Notes: a model not told the origin generated them from the letters alone. Counted from the stretch's first letter, positions 29,293 through 38,778 are shown. The stretch is DNA of 64,000 bases from an uncultured Bacteroides sp. (GCA_947074275.1 CAMTPA010000001.1:19265-83264); one strand, 5' to 3'. Numbers and translations: made by a program.

Positions 29293-31779
29293 ATGAAATT
29301 AAAAATCCTCCTATATCTTGTTTTGCTTGCAGCTGCTTGGCTCACCCCCGATGCGCGAGCGGCCGATAAGTTCGTATCTACCAATGGCGGCTTTGTGTGG
29401 ATTACTCCTTCCAAAGCTCTTCCTATATTGATAGATGCCAACGAAGACAAAGGGGTGCTACGAGCCGTGACAAACCTGCAAACAGATGCGCAAAAAGTGA
29501 CTGATAGATGTCCGATGTTGACATATCAACTTACTACATCCAACGTGTTAATTGTGGGAACTTTAGAAAACAACCGTTGGATAAAACAGTTGGTAGAAGC
29601 TGGAAAGATAAATGGCGAAGAACTCGCGGGTGCCTACGAGAAGTTTATTATCACCACGGTAGACAATCCTTTTGAGGGAGTAGAGCAAGCGGTGGTGATT
29701 GCCGGTAGCGACAAGCGTGGAGCAATCTATGGCATTTACGAACTTTCGCAGCAGATGGGGGTATCGCCGTGGTATTATTGGGTCGATGCGCCTATCAACA
29801 AGCAAGACACCATTGCCATAAACCGAGGCACATACACCGATGGCGAACCAGCGGTGAAGTATCGAGGGATATTCTTAAACGACGAATGGCCTTCGCTGGG
29901 CAAATGGGCTGCGGCCACGTATGGTGGATTCAATAGCCAATTTTACGAAAAGGTATTCGAGCTGATTCTACGCTTGAAGGGAAACTTCTTATGGCCAGCA
30001 ATGTGGGCAAGCGCATTCTACGACGACGACCCACTAAATGGCCCTCTTGCCAATGAGATGGGGGTTGTAATGGGCACTTCGCACCACGAGCCAATGGCAC
30101 TGGCACAGCAAGACTGGAAACGCACAGGCAAAGGTGAGTGGAACTACCAAACCAACAAGAAAGGATTGAATGAATTTTGGAAACGGGGTATGGAGCGTGC
30201 CAAAGATTGGGAATCGGTCATCACCGTAGGGATGCGTGGCGATGGCGACGAACCAATGAGCGAAGAATCGAACATCCAATTGCTGCAAAACATCGTGAAG
30301 GAGCAACGCCGCATTATAGCCGACGTAACGGGCAAAAAGGCTAAAGATACTCCGCAAGTGTGGGCACTCTACAAAGAGGTGCAAGACTATTATGACAAAG
30401 GAATGCGTGTGCCCGACGATGTGACACTGCTACTGTGCGACGATAACTGGGGCAACGTGCGAAAACTCCCCCTACTCGATGCTAAACCACGCAAAGGGGG
30501 CTATGGTATGTATTATCATTTCGACTACGTAGGCGCACCACGCAATTCTAAATGGATTAATATCACACAGATACAACGTGTGTGGGAACAAATGTTGCTC
30601 ACCTACAACCACGGTGTAAAAGAGCTTTGGGTAGTAAATGTGGGCGATTTGAAACCGATGGAATACCCCATCACCTTCTTTCTGGATATGGCTTGGAATC
30701 CTACACGGTTCAATGAAAACAACTTATTTGAACACACCGTAAGCTTCTGCACACAACTATTTGGCACACAGTATGGCGAAGAGGCTGCTCGGTTGATGGA
30801 TATGTACAGCAAATACAACCGCCGCATCACCCCCGAATTACTAAACGAAAACACGTACAGCCTCAACCATTACAATGAGTGGGAGACGGTACGAAAAGAG
30901 TATGAAGCCCTTGCGCTATCAGCTCTGAAGCTTTACTATCTGCTACCACAGGGTTGCAGAGATGCTTTCGACCAATTGGTGCTCTATCCCATTCAGGCAT
31001 CTTCCAATCTCTACGATATGTATCACGCTGTGGCAATGAACAAGGCCCTTGCAGCTGCGCAACAACCCGAAGCAAATGAATGGGCCGACAAAGCAAAGCT
31101 CTATTTTGAAAGAGACTCTGTTTTGACTCACCACTACAACCACATTATGGCAAAGGGCAAGTGGAACCATATGATGGATCAGACACACATAGGCTACACA
31201 TCGTGGAATCATCCCGACTACAACATAATGCCTGCGGTGACTTATGTAAATGCAGCAGATAGCAAGAAACAGCCCATTTTCGAGGAGCGCAATGGCTATG
31301 TGTCGATAGAGGCCGAGAATTATAGCCGAGCAACATCCAATGAACCTGTGCGGTGGATTACTATCCCCAATATGGGGCGCACGCTTTCGGCCATCACCAC
31401 AATGCCCAATACCGTCGACCCATCGCCCGAAACCTACGTGGAATACGATTTTGAAACAAGCTCAACGGGAGAAGCAAAGGTGATTGTTCGCTTTTCGTCT
31501 ACGCTCAATTACAACGAGAACCGAGGGTTGAGTTATGCCATACGCATAGACGATGCCCCCGAACAAGTAGTAAACATCAACGGACACTACAATGGCGAGC
31601 TGGGCAAATGGCAGGCCGACCACGTGATAGACAGCCAAACCACACACCAAATCAAATCGCAAGGTTTACATACTTTGCGCATTCGCCCACTCCACCCCTC
31701 GTTGGCGATGCAGAAGATTATGATTGATTTGGGAGGACTACAACCCGCCTATTTAGGCGCACCCGAAACAAGAAAGTAG
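29293..31779 (+). CDS. GH115 family glycoside hydrolase (probable xylan alpha-1,2-glucuronidase)
   Basis: GH115 motifs 'KYRGIFLNDEWP', 'WPAMW.SAFYDDDP', 'GTSHHEPM', 'GMRGDGDEPM', 'DDNWGNVR', 'GMYYHFDYVGAPR', 'NVGDLKPME'. Sec signal from ATG 29293. Confidence 0.9.
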   Translation: MKLKILLYLVLLAAAWLTPDARAADKFVSTNGGFVWITPSKALPILIDANEDKGVLRAVTNLQTDAQKVTDRCPMLTYQLTTSNVLIVGTLENNRWIKQLVEAGKINGEELAGAYEKFIITTVDNPFEGVEQAVVIAGSDKRGAIYGIYELSQQMGVSPWYYWVDAPINKQDTIAINRGTYTDGEPAVKYRGIFLNDEWPSLGKWAAATYGGFNSQFYEKVFELILRLKGNFLWPAMWASAFYDDDPLNGPLANEMGVVMGTSHHEPMALAQQDWKRTGKGEWNYQTNKKGLNEFWKRGMERAKDWESVITVGMRGDGDEPMSEESNIQLLQNIVKEQRRIIADVTGKKAKDTPQVWALYKEVQDYYDKGMRVPDDVTLLLCDDNWGNVRKLPLLDAKPRKGGYGMYYHFDYVGAPRNSKWINITQIQRVWEQMLLTYNHGVKELWVVNVGDLKPMEYPITFFLDMAWNPTRFNENNLFEHTVSFCTQLFGTQYGEEAARLMDMYSKYNRRITPELLNENTYSLNHYNEWETVRKEYEALALSALKLYYLLPQGCRDAFDQLVLYPIQASSNLYDMYHAVAMNKALAAAQQPEANEWADKAKLYFERDSVLTHHYNHIMAKGKWNHMMDQTHIGYTSWNHPDYNIMPAVTYVNAADSKKQPIFEERNGYVSIEAENYSRATSNEPVRWITIPNMGRTLSAITTMPNTVDPSPETYVEYDFETSSTGEAKVIVRFSSTLNYNENRGLSYAIRIDDAPEQVVNINGHYNGELGKWQADHVIDSQTTHQIKSQGLHTLRIRPLHPSLAMQKIMIDLGGLQPAYLGAPETRK

Positions 31780-31807
31780 ATTTTTCATAGATTGGTTTTT
31801 GTGTAGA

Positions 31808-31852
31808 AAAGGTGTATCAACGGTGATTATATGTCACAGGAGATGCACCTTT
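31808..31852 (+). terminator. Probable intrinsic terminator of PUL 2
   Basis: AAAGGTGTATC...GATGCACCTTT stem with a plus-strand G.U pair and inner GTGA/TCAC helix, 29 nt after the GH115 stop. Confidence 0.55.
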
Positions 31853-31874
31853 ATCATTACCTCCAAAACCAATA

Positions 31875-31908
31875 AAAGGCCGATTCACCCGTAGGTAAAC
31901 CAGCCTTT
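31875..31908 (-). terminator. Intrinsic terminator of the double-CBM gene
   Basis: Minus strand AAAGGCTGGTTTACC-TACG-GGTGAATCGGCCTTT pairs fully with three G.U wobbles and is followed by a T-rich run. Confidence 0.7.
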
Positions 31909-31939
31909 CGACAATCAAATCAACTAATGAAGTCGGGGG

Positions 31940-33238
31940 TTATTTTGCGATTTTACTTTTATAAATCTTACCGTCTATTATTACTTTCACGATATAAATA
32001 TCGCTTGCAAATGCCGACAGGTCGATAGAAGAAGCGTTTTGAGCCGATGCACAAGGCAAGCCAGCTTTGGTATATACAGTTACATCTGCAGGTGCATTGC
32101 TGTTGATATATAGCACACCACCTTGCACGTATAGCGTAAATGGAGTTTCAATCGCCATCTCTGCGCCAATGCCTGTTGAGCCTTCAGCCTCTTTCAATTT
32201 CACGTTGTCGATGTAGTAGTTGGCATCGTTTGAATTTAAGCCAAGAGCCAAAGAGAATGAGTTTTTGGCTTTATCCTCATCAGTCAGCGTCATATCTGCC
32301 ACATTGTAATTGAGGGTAGTCCAAGTATTAAACTCAGCTTTCTTTCCATAGTCACCATCTGGTTTGTACACGTGTGTACCATCTATCGAAATCACCATTT
32401 GTTTGCAGTTTGCCCATTCGTCTGTTGCGTGAGTTGGGATATAGAGGTCGAAGTAAACACCCTCGTAGTCGGCCAATGTTTTGCCTTCGGGAAGTGTTAC
32501 GTTAAACTTCACCAACGGATCCCAGAAAGTAGTTACCAAGTTCACTACTTTGTTGTCGGCATTTTCAGGGTCGGCAGCCACGGTTGCGGTAGCTTGTCCT
32601 TCATCATAAGTTTGCACATCAATAGCATCGCCTATGCTTTTGCCTTCAAAATCTTCCACAGCCAAAAATCCCTCTTCCGAAGCCACTTTGGGAGCTATCA
32701 ATTTCACATTGTCTACACAGTAATTGGCAGTGTTGGAGTTGATACCAAAACCCAATGTGAAAGAGTTTTTTGCTTTGTCCTCATCGGTCAGTGTCATAGC
32801 CGAGCAAGGATAAGTAATGGTAGTCCAAGTAGACATAGGAGCAATTTGCGGATAGCTATCTGGAATTTTATAGACAAACTCGCCATCGATTGAAATCACA
32901 AATTGTTTGAAGTGAGGCCATTCATCTTGTGCATTTTCACCAATATAAATATCAATGCTCAGCTCATTGTAGTCGGCCAATGTTTTACCTTCGGGCAGAG
33001 TTACATCAAATTTAAAGCGAGCGTCCCAGTTGGTAGCAGCAATGTTTCCTGCCTTATTGGTTTCATTCACGGGGTCGGCCACTACGGTAGCGGTGGCTTG
33101 TCCTTCTTCATAGGTTATCACTTCAAGCGCATCACCTACATTTTTGTCTTCAAAATCCGCCACTAAGAAATCTTGTGCCGATACGTGGGTAACCAAACCC
33201 ATTGAAACAAGTAACAAAGAGAGTAATTTTGTTTTCAT
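31940..33238 (-). CDS. Secreted non-catalytic protein: two tandem CBM-like beta-sandwich repeats and a T9SS C-terminal domain
   Basis: Sec signal; two repeats of about 160 aa ('DFE....GDA..V.TY.EGQATATV.ADP...VTLPEGKTLADY...MTLTDEDKAKNSF...Y..DNVKL'); C-terminal 'VLYINS...VTVYT..G...SIDLSAF..DIYIVKV..DGK.Y.SKI.K' typical of T9SS type-A signals. Confidence 0.75.
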   Translation of the reverse strand: MKTKLLSLLLVSMGLVTHVSAQDFLVADFEDKNVGDALEVITYEEGQATATVVADPVNETNKAGNIAATNWDARFKFDVTLPEGKTLADYNELSIDIYIGENAQDEWPHFKQFVISIDGEFVYKIPDSYPQIAPMSTWTTITYPCSAMTLTDEDKAKNSFTLGFGINSNTANYCVDNVKLIAPKVASEEGFLAVEDFEGKSIGDAIDVQTYDEGQATATVAADPENADNKVVNLVTTFWDPLVKFNVTLPEGKTLADYEGVYFDLYIPTHATDEWANCKQMVISIDGTHVYKPDGDYGKKAEFNTWTTLNYNVADMTLTDEDKAKNSFSLALGLNSNDANYYIDNVKLKEAEGSTGIGAEMAIETPFTLYVQGGVLYINSNAPADVTVYTKAGLPCASAQNASSIDLSAFASDIYIVKVIIDGKIYKSKIAK

Positions 33239-33299
33239 AAATAAGTACTATTAAATTAAGGTATTTTATCAATGCGTTTACTCGCTAAACGCTTTAACA

Positions 33300-33365
33300 C
33301 AAAATTAGTGTGTTTGACGACAAATTGCTATTCTTCTTGTTACACAAGCTTTCAGATAGGTTACT
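33300..33365 (-). promoter_or_regulatory. Promoter of the double-CBM gene with a 21-bp-spaced operator resembling the PUL 2 operator
   Basis: Minus strand AGTAACC (33365-33359) and TGTAACA (33344-33338), 21 bp apart, then 30 nt to -7 TAATTTTG (33307-33300). Confidence 0.6.
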
Positions 33366-33496
33366 CTTTTTTTGAAATAGATACATCAAATGATATATGC
33401 CAGTTTACAAACAATGCACCACCCCAATAAACAAGCCTTAGCGAGCTGTTTATCAGAGTGGTGCATCGAGTAGTTTCTTGATACGAACTAACGGTA

Positions 33497-34210
33497 TCAG
33501 TCTTTCAGATAATATTGTATGGTAGTGACCACGCGCACTTGCTTGATATAGGGTGCATTGCGGTCGGGGTCGGTGATGGTAAATTGTCCTTGCGATGCCA
33601 CTTTTATCTTGCCCAATCTACTATCAGAATCTTCGGCAAACTTCTCGGCGGCTTCGCGTGCGCTTTGGGTTGCCTCTTTTATCATTTCGGGCTTGATGGC
33701 GTTTAATCCTTCAAACGAGAAAGCGATGGTGCTTGTACCATATTCGCTCGACGAAATTGCAAGTCCATCTTTCAGCAAGGTAGCGGTGTTGTTCATCGCC
33801 TCAAGCACTCTATCTACTTTTTGAGAAGTGACGGTGACAGTGGCCGTGATGTTGTAGCGTGAGCGCACTTCACTGGTGTTCACATACCGATCGGCATAGA
33901 GGTCTACCACCACGGGCAAGGCGATGGATATATCGCTCTCTTCGATGCCATTGCTCTTGAGAAAAGCGATAATTTTTTGGTTATTCTTCTCCATATCAGT
34001 GTAAAGAGAAGTAAGGTCATTACCGATAATTTTGTATTGAAGAGGCCACAAAACATTGTCGGCACGTACCGTTCGCTCCGAAAGTCCTTTCACTGTGACA
34101 ATTCTTTCGGTGTCTTTAAATCCTGTGATACCGCTTTTGAGCAGTGCGCCCAAGCACACCAAACCCAATGCTAAAATAAATGCTGCTAAGGGAATAATTA
34201 CTTTCTTCAT
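33497..34210 (-). CDS. SIMPL (DUF541) domain protein
   Basis: N-terminal TM; 'RIVTVKGLSERTVRAD', 'IKPEMI.EAT..AREAAEKFA.DS.S.LGKIK.A.QGQF.I'. Confidence 0.88.
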   Translation of the reverse strand: MKKVIIPLAAFILALGLVCLGALLKSGITGFKDTERIVTVKGLSERTVRADNVLWPLQYKIIGNDLTSLYTDMEKNNQKIIAFLKSNGIEESDISIALPVVVDLYADRYVNTSEVRSRYNITATVTVTSQKVDRVLEAMNNTATLLKDGLAISSSEYGTSTIAFSFEGLNAIKPEMIKEATQSAREAAEKFAEDSDSRLGKIKVASQGQFTITDPDRNAPYIKQVRVVTTIQYYLKD

Positions 34211-34240
34211 AAGTCGTTATTTTTAAAGGTAAATCTGTTT

Positions 34241-35479
34241 TTACTTGTAGATGAGTGTAGAGAGATAAGTTTCGTCAAACATCTCATTGGCCACTTCCCA
34301 TAGCTCTTGCGCCGTCACTTGCTCTATGCGATGACAGATGGCAGGCAGATTCTCATGCTTGTTGTAGTGGAGGTATATCTTTGCCATGCCCAAGGCATTG
34401 TTCTCGTAGTTGTCCGATGCCACGCAAATTTGTCCTACCAGCTGCTTTTTCACCGCTTGCAGTTGCGAGGCAGTCAACTTGTTGTCGCGCAATCGTTTCA
34501 ACTCTTTGTAGGTGAGGCGCAGGCAGGTGTCTATGTCGTCGGTATCGGTGCCAAAATAGATGCTAAAGGCTCCTGTATCGGTATATGAGGTGAGGTTCGA
34601 CTCCACGTTGTACACCAATCCACGGCGTTCACGCAATGCCACGTTCAAGCGGCTGTTCATTCCGGGACCTCCCAAAATATTGTTGAGCAGGTAGAGTGCC
34701 GTACGCTTATCATTGTAGGCACTATATCCCCTACTGCCTATCATCACGTGCGCTTGGTGGGTGTCTTTTGGTATCACCAATTGTTGAGGAATATAGGGAA
34801 GCGGCGGCATTCGGTCTGTTTTGCAAAAAGAGCCAGCCAAAACCTCACCCATCCCTTTCTCAAGCATCCGTATCAAGCGTTTAAAATCGATATTGCCTTG
34901 TGCGAAGAATACCATATTTTCGGGCTGATAAAGTCTTCGAGTAAAAGCAAGTGCCTTTTCGGTATCAAACTGTTTCAGCAAGGCGGGATGCCCCAATATG
35001 TTTCTTCCCAATGGATGCCCACGGAAAATCAAGTCTTCAAAATCATCAAAAATAAGTTCTGAGGGATTGTCCTCATACGACTGTATTTCGTCTATTATCA
35101 CGTCTACCTCTTTGTCTATCTCGCGTTGCGGAAAAACCGAATGAAACACGATGTCGCATAGCAAATCCACTGCACGGGGCAAGTCTTGGGGCAAGAAGGC
35201 GGAGTAAATCACCGTCTCTTCTTTGTTGGTGTAGGCATTCAAGTCGCCGCCCACCGCTTCCATCCGGTTGAGGATGTGCCAAGCCTTGCGTCGCTCGGTG
35301 CCTTTAAATACAAGGTGCTCCACAAAGTGCGCCATACCCTGTTCTTGTTCGTGTTCGTCGCGCGTGCCAGCATCTATTGCGAAACCGCAATACACCACAT
35401 CGGTTTGTGCGGGTCGGTATATCACTCGCAAACCATTGGAGAGGGTATGCACCATTGGCTCTGTTTTTATTGATTTCAT
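34241..35479 (-). CDS. M16 family (pitrilysin-like) zinc peptidase
   Basis: Inverted zinc motif 'HFVEH', 'NAYT.KE.T', 'LRERRGLVYNVES'; -7 element CAAAAATA at 35504-35511. Confidence 0.92.
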   Translation of the reverse strand: MKSIKTEPMVHTLSNGLRVIYRPAQTDVVYCGFAIDAGTRDEHEQEQGMAHFVEHLVFKGTERRKAWHILNRMEAVGGDLNAYTNKEETVIYSAFLPQDLPRAVDLLCDIVFHSVFPQREIDKEVDVIIDEIQSYEDNPSELIFDDFEDLIFRGHPLGRNILGHPALLKQFDTEKALAFTRRLYQPENMVFFAQGNIDFKRLIRMLEKGMGEVLAGSFCKTDRMPPLPYIPQQLVIPKDTHQAHVMIGSRGYSAYNDKRTALYLLNNILGGPGMNSRLNVALRERRGLVYNVESNLTSYTDTGAFSIYFGTDTDDIDTCLRLTYKELKRLRDNKLTASQLQAVKKQLVGQICVASDNYENNALGMAKIYLHYNKHENLPAICHRIEQVTAQELWEVANEMFDETYLSTLIYK

Positions 35480-35581
35480 GGGTTGCTATCTATAATGAAG
35501 TTGCAAAAATACAACAAAACTTATTGTGGTTCATCGAAAATTATGGATATTTGCCAACAATAAAACAGCACGTTGCCATTT

Positions 35582-36118
35582 ATGATAAAGATAGGAGTTT
35601 TCTGCGCTGCTTCGGCAAGTATAGACGAGAGCTATTTTGAAAGTGCCTCGCAAGTGGGCAAGTGGATTGGCGAAAATGGCTATACACTGGTGTATGGCGG
35701 AGCCGACATGGGCTTGATGGAGTGTGTGGCAAAGGCTACCAAAGCGTCGGGCGGAAACATCATCGGCGTGGTGCCCACCAAGCTCGAAGAGAACGACCGA
35801 GTGAGCGAACTACCCGACCAAATAGTGCATACACAAAACCTGAGCGACCGCAAAGATGAGATTGTGGCCTTGTCCGATTATCTCATAGCTCTGCCGGGTG
35901 GAGTGGGAACGCTCGACGAGATATTTCACACCATCGCAGCAGCATCGATAGGCTATCACCACAAAAAAATCTTGTTTTATAACACCAACGGCTTTTACAA
36001 CACACTGCTCAAAGCATTAAGCGAAATAGCGGAGAAAGGATTTATCCGTCACTCACTTTCGGACTACTACGATGTAGTGGATTCTCTTGACCAACTAACT
36101 GAACGAATAAGGATATGA
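35582..36118 (+). CDS. LOG family (TIGR00730-like) nucleotide phosphoribohydrolase
   Basis: 'IGVFCAAS', 'LVYGG...GLM', 'RK..I..LSD..IALPGGVGTLDE'. ATG 35582 preferred over TTG 35573. Confidence 0.9.
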   Translation: MIKIGVFCAASASIDESYFESASQVGKWIGENGYTLVYGGADMGLMECVAKATKASGGNIIGVVPTKLEENDRVSELPDQIVHTQNLSDRKDEIVALSDYLIALPGGVGTLDEIFHTIAAASIGYHHKKILFYNTNGFYNTLLKALSEIAEKGFIRHSLSDYYDVVDSLDQLTERIRI

Positions 36119-36720
36119 TTGAATCGATTAACGAACTATTGAAAAAAGAGGCACAAGCGGTGCTCAACATCCCCGTGACTGAGGCCTACCCTAAAGCGGT
36201 GGAACTGATTGTGGAACAAATACACCACAAAAGAGGCAAATTAGTGACAAGCGGTATGGGAAAAGCTGGACAGATTGCGATGAACATAGCCACCACCTTT
36301 TGTTCCACAGGCATCCCATCGGTGTTTTTGCATCCCAGCGAGGCGCAACACGGCGACCTTGGTGTGCTGCAAGAAAACGACCTGCTGCTGCTCATCTCCA
36401 ATTCGGGCAAGACGCGCGAGATTGTGGAGCTGACCCAACTGGCGCACAACCTGAATCGCAACCTAAAATTTATTGTCATCACCGGAAACCCCGATAGCCC
36501 ATTGGCGGCACAGTCGGACGTATGCCTAAGCACAGGCAAACCCGACGAGGTGTGTACATTGGGTATGACCCCTACTACCTCCACCACAGCTATGACAGTG
36601 ATTGGCGATATATTGGTGGTGCAAACTCAAAAACAAACCCAATTTACCATTGAAGAATACTCCAAGCGTCACCACGGTGGCTACTTGGGCGAAAAATCGA
36701 GAGAATTATGCGAAAAGTAA
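36115..36720 (+). CDS. Single-domain SIS sugar-phosphate isomerase, KdsD/KpsF-like (arabinose-5-phosphate isomerase type, no CBS domains)
   Basis: 'LVTSGMGKAGQIA', 'FLHPSEAQHGDLG', 'ISNSGKTRE', 'TPTTSTT', 'HHGGYLG'. ATGA overlap with the LOG gene. Confidence 0.85.
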   Translation: MIESINELLKKEAQAVLNIPVTEAYPKAVELIVEQIHHKRGKLVTSGMGKAGQIAMNIATTFCSTGIPSVFLHPSEAQHGDLGVLQENDLLLLISNSGKTREIVELTQLAHNLNRNLKFIVITGNPDSPLAAQSDVCLSTGKPDEVCTLGMTPTTSTTAMTVIGDILVVQTQKQTQFTIEEYSKRHHGGYLGEKSRELCEK

Positions 36721-37637
36721 TTGGCATTGGCGAAACCATCTTCGACATCATCTTCGAGAACGGACAACCCACAGCGGGTGTGCCCGGCGGATCGGTGTTC
36801 AACGGAATGGTGTCGCTGGCACGAGTGGGCGCAGAGGTTTCGTTCATCAGCGAAACGGGCAACGACCGTGTGGGCAACACCATCTTGCAGTTTATGCGCG
36901 ACAGCGGTATGACTACCGACTACGTGAATGTATTCCCCGACGGCAAATCGCCCGTTTCGTTGGCCTTTCTCGACCAACAGCACGATGCGGAATACTTGTT
37001 TTACAAAGACTACCCCAACCAGCGGCTCGATGTGCTGTTTCCCAAGATACAGGAAGACGACATCGTAGCCATCGGCTCTTACTTTGCCCTCAACCCCGTG
37101 TTGCGCAGCAAAGTAGTGGAACTACTCGATATAGCTCGCGAAAAAAAGGCGATTATCTACTACGACTACAACTTTCGCAGCACCCACCAGTACGAAGCAA
37201 TGAAGCTTGCTCCCACCCTTATCGAGAACTTGGAGTATGCCGACATAGTACGTGGCTCTTCCGACGACTTTTTTTATGCCTACGGAATGCAGGATGTTGA
37301 CAAAATCTACAAAGACAAAATAGCCTTTTACTGCCCCAATTTTGTTTGCACCAATGGCAGCCAGCCTGTGCAGCTACGTACCCGAACCACCAACAAAAGC
37401 TACACAACACGACCCGTAGAGGCGGTGAGCACCATTGGAGCGGGCGACAACTTCAACGCTGGCATCATCTACGCATTGCTTAAATACGATATCCGGCACC
37501 GCGACCTACCTACCTTGAGCGAAGCTTGGTGGGACAAGATTGTGGAGTGTGGCATCCGCTTTTCGGCAGAGGTATGCCAAAGCCTCAACAACTCGGTATC
37601 AATGGAATTTGCCCAACAAAACAGCTTGGAGCGATGA
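36708..37637 (+). CDS. PfkB family carbohydrate kinase
   Basis: 'GIGETIFDI', 'PGGSVFN', C-terminal PfkB signature 'STIGAGDNFNAG'. Confidence 0.92.
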   Translation: MRKVIGIGETIFDIIFENGQPTAGVPGGSVFNGMVSLARVGAEVSFISETGNDRVGNTILQFMRDSGMTTDYVNVFPDGKSPVSLAFLDQQHDAEYLFYKDYPNQRLDVLFPKIQEDDIVAIGSYFALNPVLRSKVVELLDIAREKKAIIYYDYNFRSTHQYEAMKLAPTLIENLEYADIVRGSSDDFFYAYGMQDVDKIYKDKIAFYCPNFVCTNGSQPVQLRTRTTNKSYTTRPVEAVSTIGAGDNFNAGIIYALLKYDIRHRDLPTLSEAWWDKIVECGIRFSAEVCQSLNNSVSMEFAQQNSLER

Positions 37638-38368
37638 AACACCTACTACAACTCATTCTGCTGCTGGCAATGCCACTGATGGCTTCAGCCTGCCACAGCG
37701 AAAGCAGCAAAGAGTCTCAGCAAGGCCACCTGCAAGTGAAACACATTGATGCCAAAACGGTGGAGGCCGAAGATGTTCCAGCTCTGCTTCAACAAGCAGA
37801 AATCCCATTTCAGTCCATTGGCACGGTCAATTGGAGCAGCTTCCCCTATCGCCCCGATGTGAAATTTCGCATCGCCTACACACCACACGCATTGCTGCTG
37901 CACTATTGGGTGACAGAGGCAAGCGTGCGTGCCTTGTATGCGCAAGATGGCGAAGCGGTGTGGAGTGACTCGTGTGTGGAGTTTTTCTCCATTCCCGGTG
38001 GCGATGGCGTGTACTACAACATTGAATGCAACTGCATCGGCACCATTTTGATGCAAGCTGGCACGGAGCGAAGCGACAGGCAGTCCGCACCCGAAGAAAC
38101 AACCGCCCTGATAAAACGTTGGGCAAGTTTGGGCAACCAGCCATTTGAGGAGCGCATAGAAGAAACCACGTGGGAGGTGGCATTGGTGATTCCCTACGAG
38201 GTCTTTTTTCAGCACTCTATCAACTCGCTTGAGGGCAGAAACGTAGCAGCCAACTTTTACAAATGTGGCAGCGGATTGCAAACTCCTCATTACTTGACGT
38301 GGAATCCTGTGGGAACAACCAAACCCGACTTCCACCAGCCACTCTATTTCGGGCTACTATCCTTCTAA
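37634..38368 (+). CDS. CBM9-like/DOMON-type sugar-binding lipoprotein
   Basis: Start refined to ATG 37634 (ATGA overlap with the PfkB stop), giving the lipoprotein signal MKHLLQLILLLAMPLMASAC; motifs 'VWSDSCVEFF', 'YYNIECNCIG', 'ANFYKCG', 'HYLTW.P..T.KPDFHQP.YFG'. Confidence 0.8.
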   Translation: MKHLLQLILLLAMPLMASACHSESSKESQQGHLQVKHIDAKTVEAEDVPALLQQAEIPFQSIGTVNWSSFPYRPDVKFRIAYTPHALLLHYWVTEASVRALYAQDGEAVWSDSCVEFFSIPGGDGVYYNIECNCIGTILMQAGTERSDRQSAPEETTALIKRWASLGNQPFEERIEETTWEVALVIPYEVFFQHSINSLEGRNVAANFYKCGSGLQTPHYLTWNPVGTTKPDFHQPLYFGLLSF

Positions 38369-38554
38369 TCGCTTATTCTCATCTTCACGCCACAAATATT
38401 GGCAAACCCACACAACTGTCCAAGCCGATTGCTGAAAGTGACTTTAATAGTCTCTTCAACACCCCACTCTCTTCTTTCATTTATATATATACGCCCGTAA
38501 AGTATAGGAAATTCGCGTAAAAAAGAATAAGTTTATAATATATAGATACTTCTG

Positions 38555-38666
38555 ACGATAGCTATGCACATCTATCGCCTCAACTATGCACACTCCATTT
38601 GCTGGGTAGCTATATCTAACGCGGTAGGCATAGCTACCCAGCACGGTAGATAGGCCTTGCTACCAA
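38555..38666. repeat. Array of about five 22-bp quasi-palindromic units (dispersed repeat family, copy 2)
   Basis: Centres TGCA 38565, TGCA 38587, GCTA 38609, TAGC 38631 and GGCC 38653 are 22 bp apart. GATAGGCCTTGCTACCAA (38649-38666) is the exact reverse complement of 23703-23720. Perfect 13-bp inverted repeat at 38601-38613/38630-38642. Confidence 0.75.
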
Positions 38667-38778
38667 TCAGGGTGTAGGAATAGCACCATTTCCGAATGAG
38701 TTCAACGAATGAACAGATATATTGTTTCAAAAAAAAATGTATCTTTGCTACACCAAAAATTTAAAATACAACCTCTAT

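Noticed and set aside
33300-33365. Invertible (phase-variable) promoter suggested by GTTAC motifs
   Set aside because: The motifs are direct, not inverted, repeats flanking the promoter, and no recombinase is in the window.
29273-38737. Poly-A tracts (29273-29280 and about 38729-38737) as phase-variation switches
   Set aside because: They are short, lie in A-rich leaders outside the refined coding frames, and such tracts are common in Bacteroidetes 5' UTRs.
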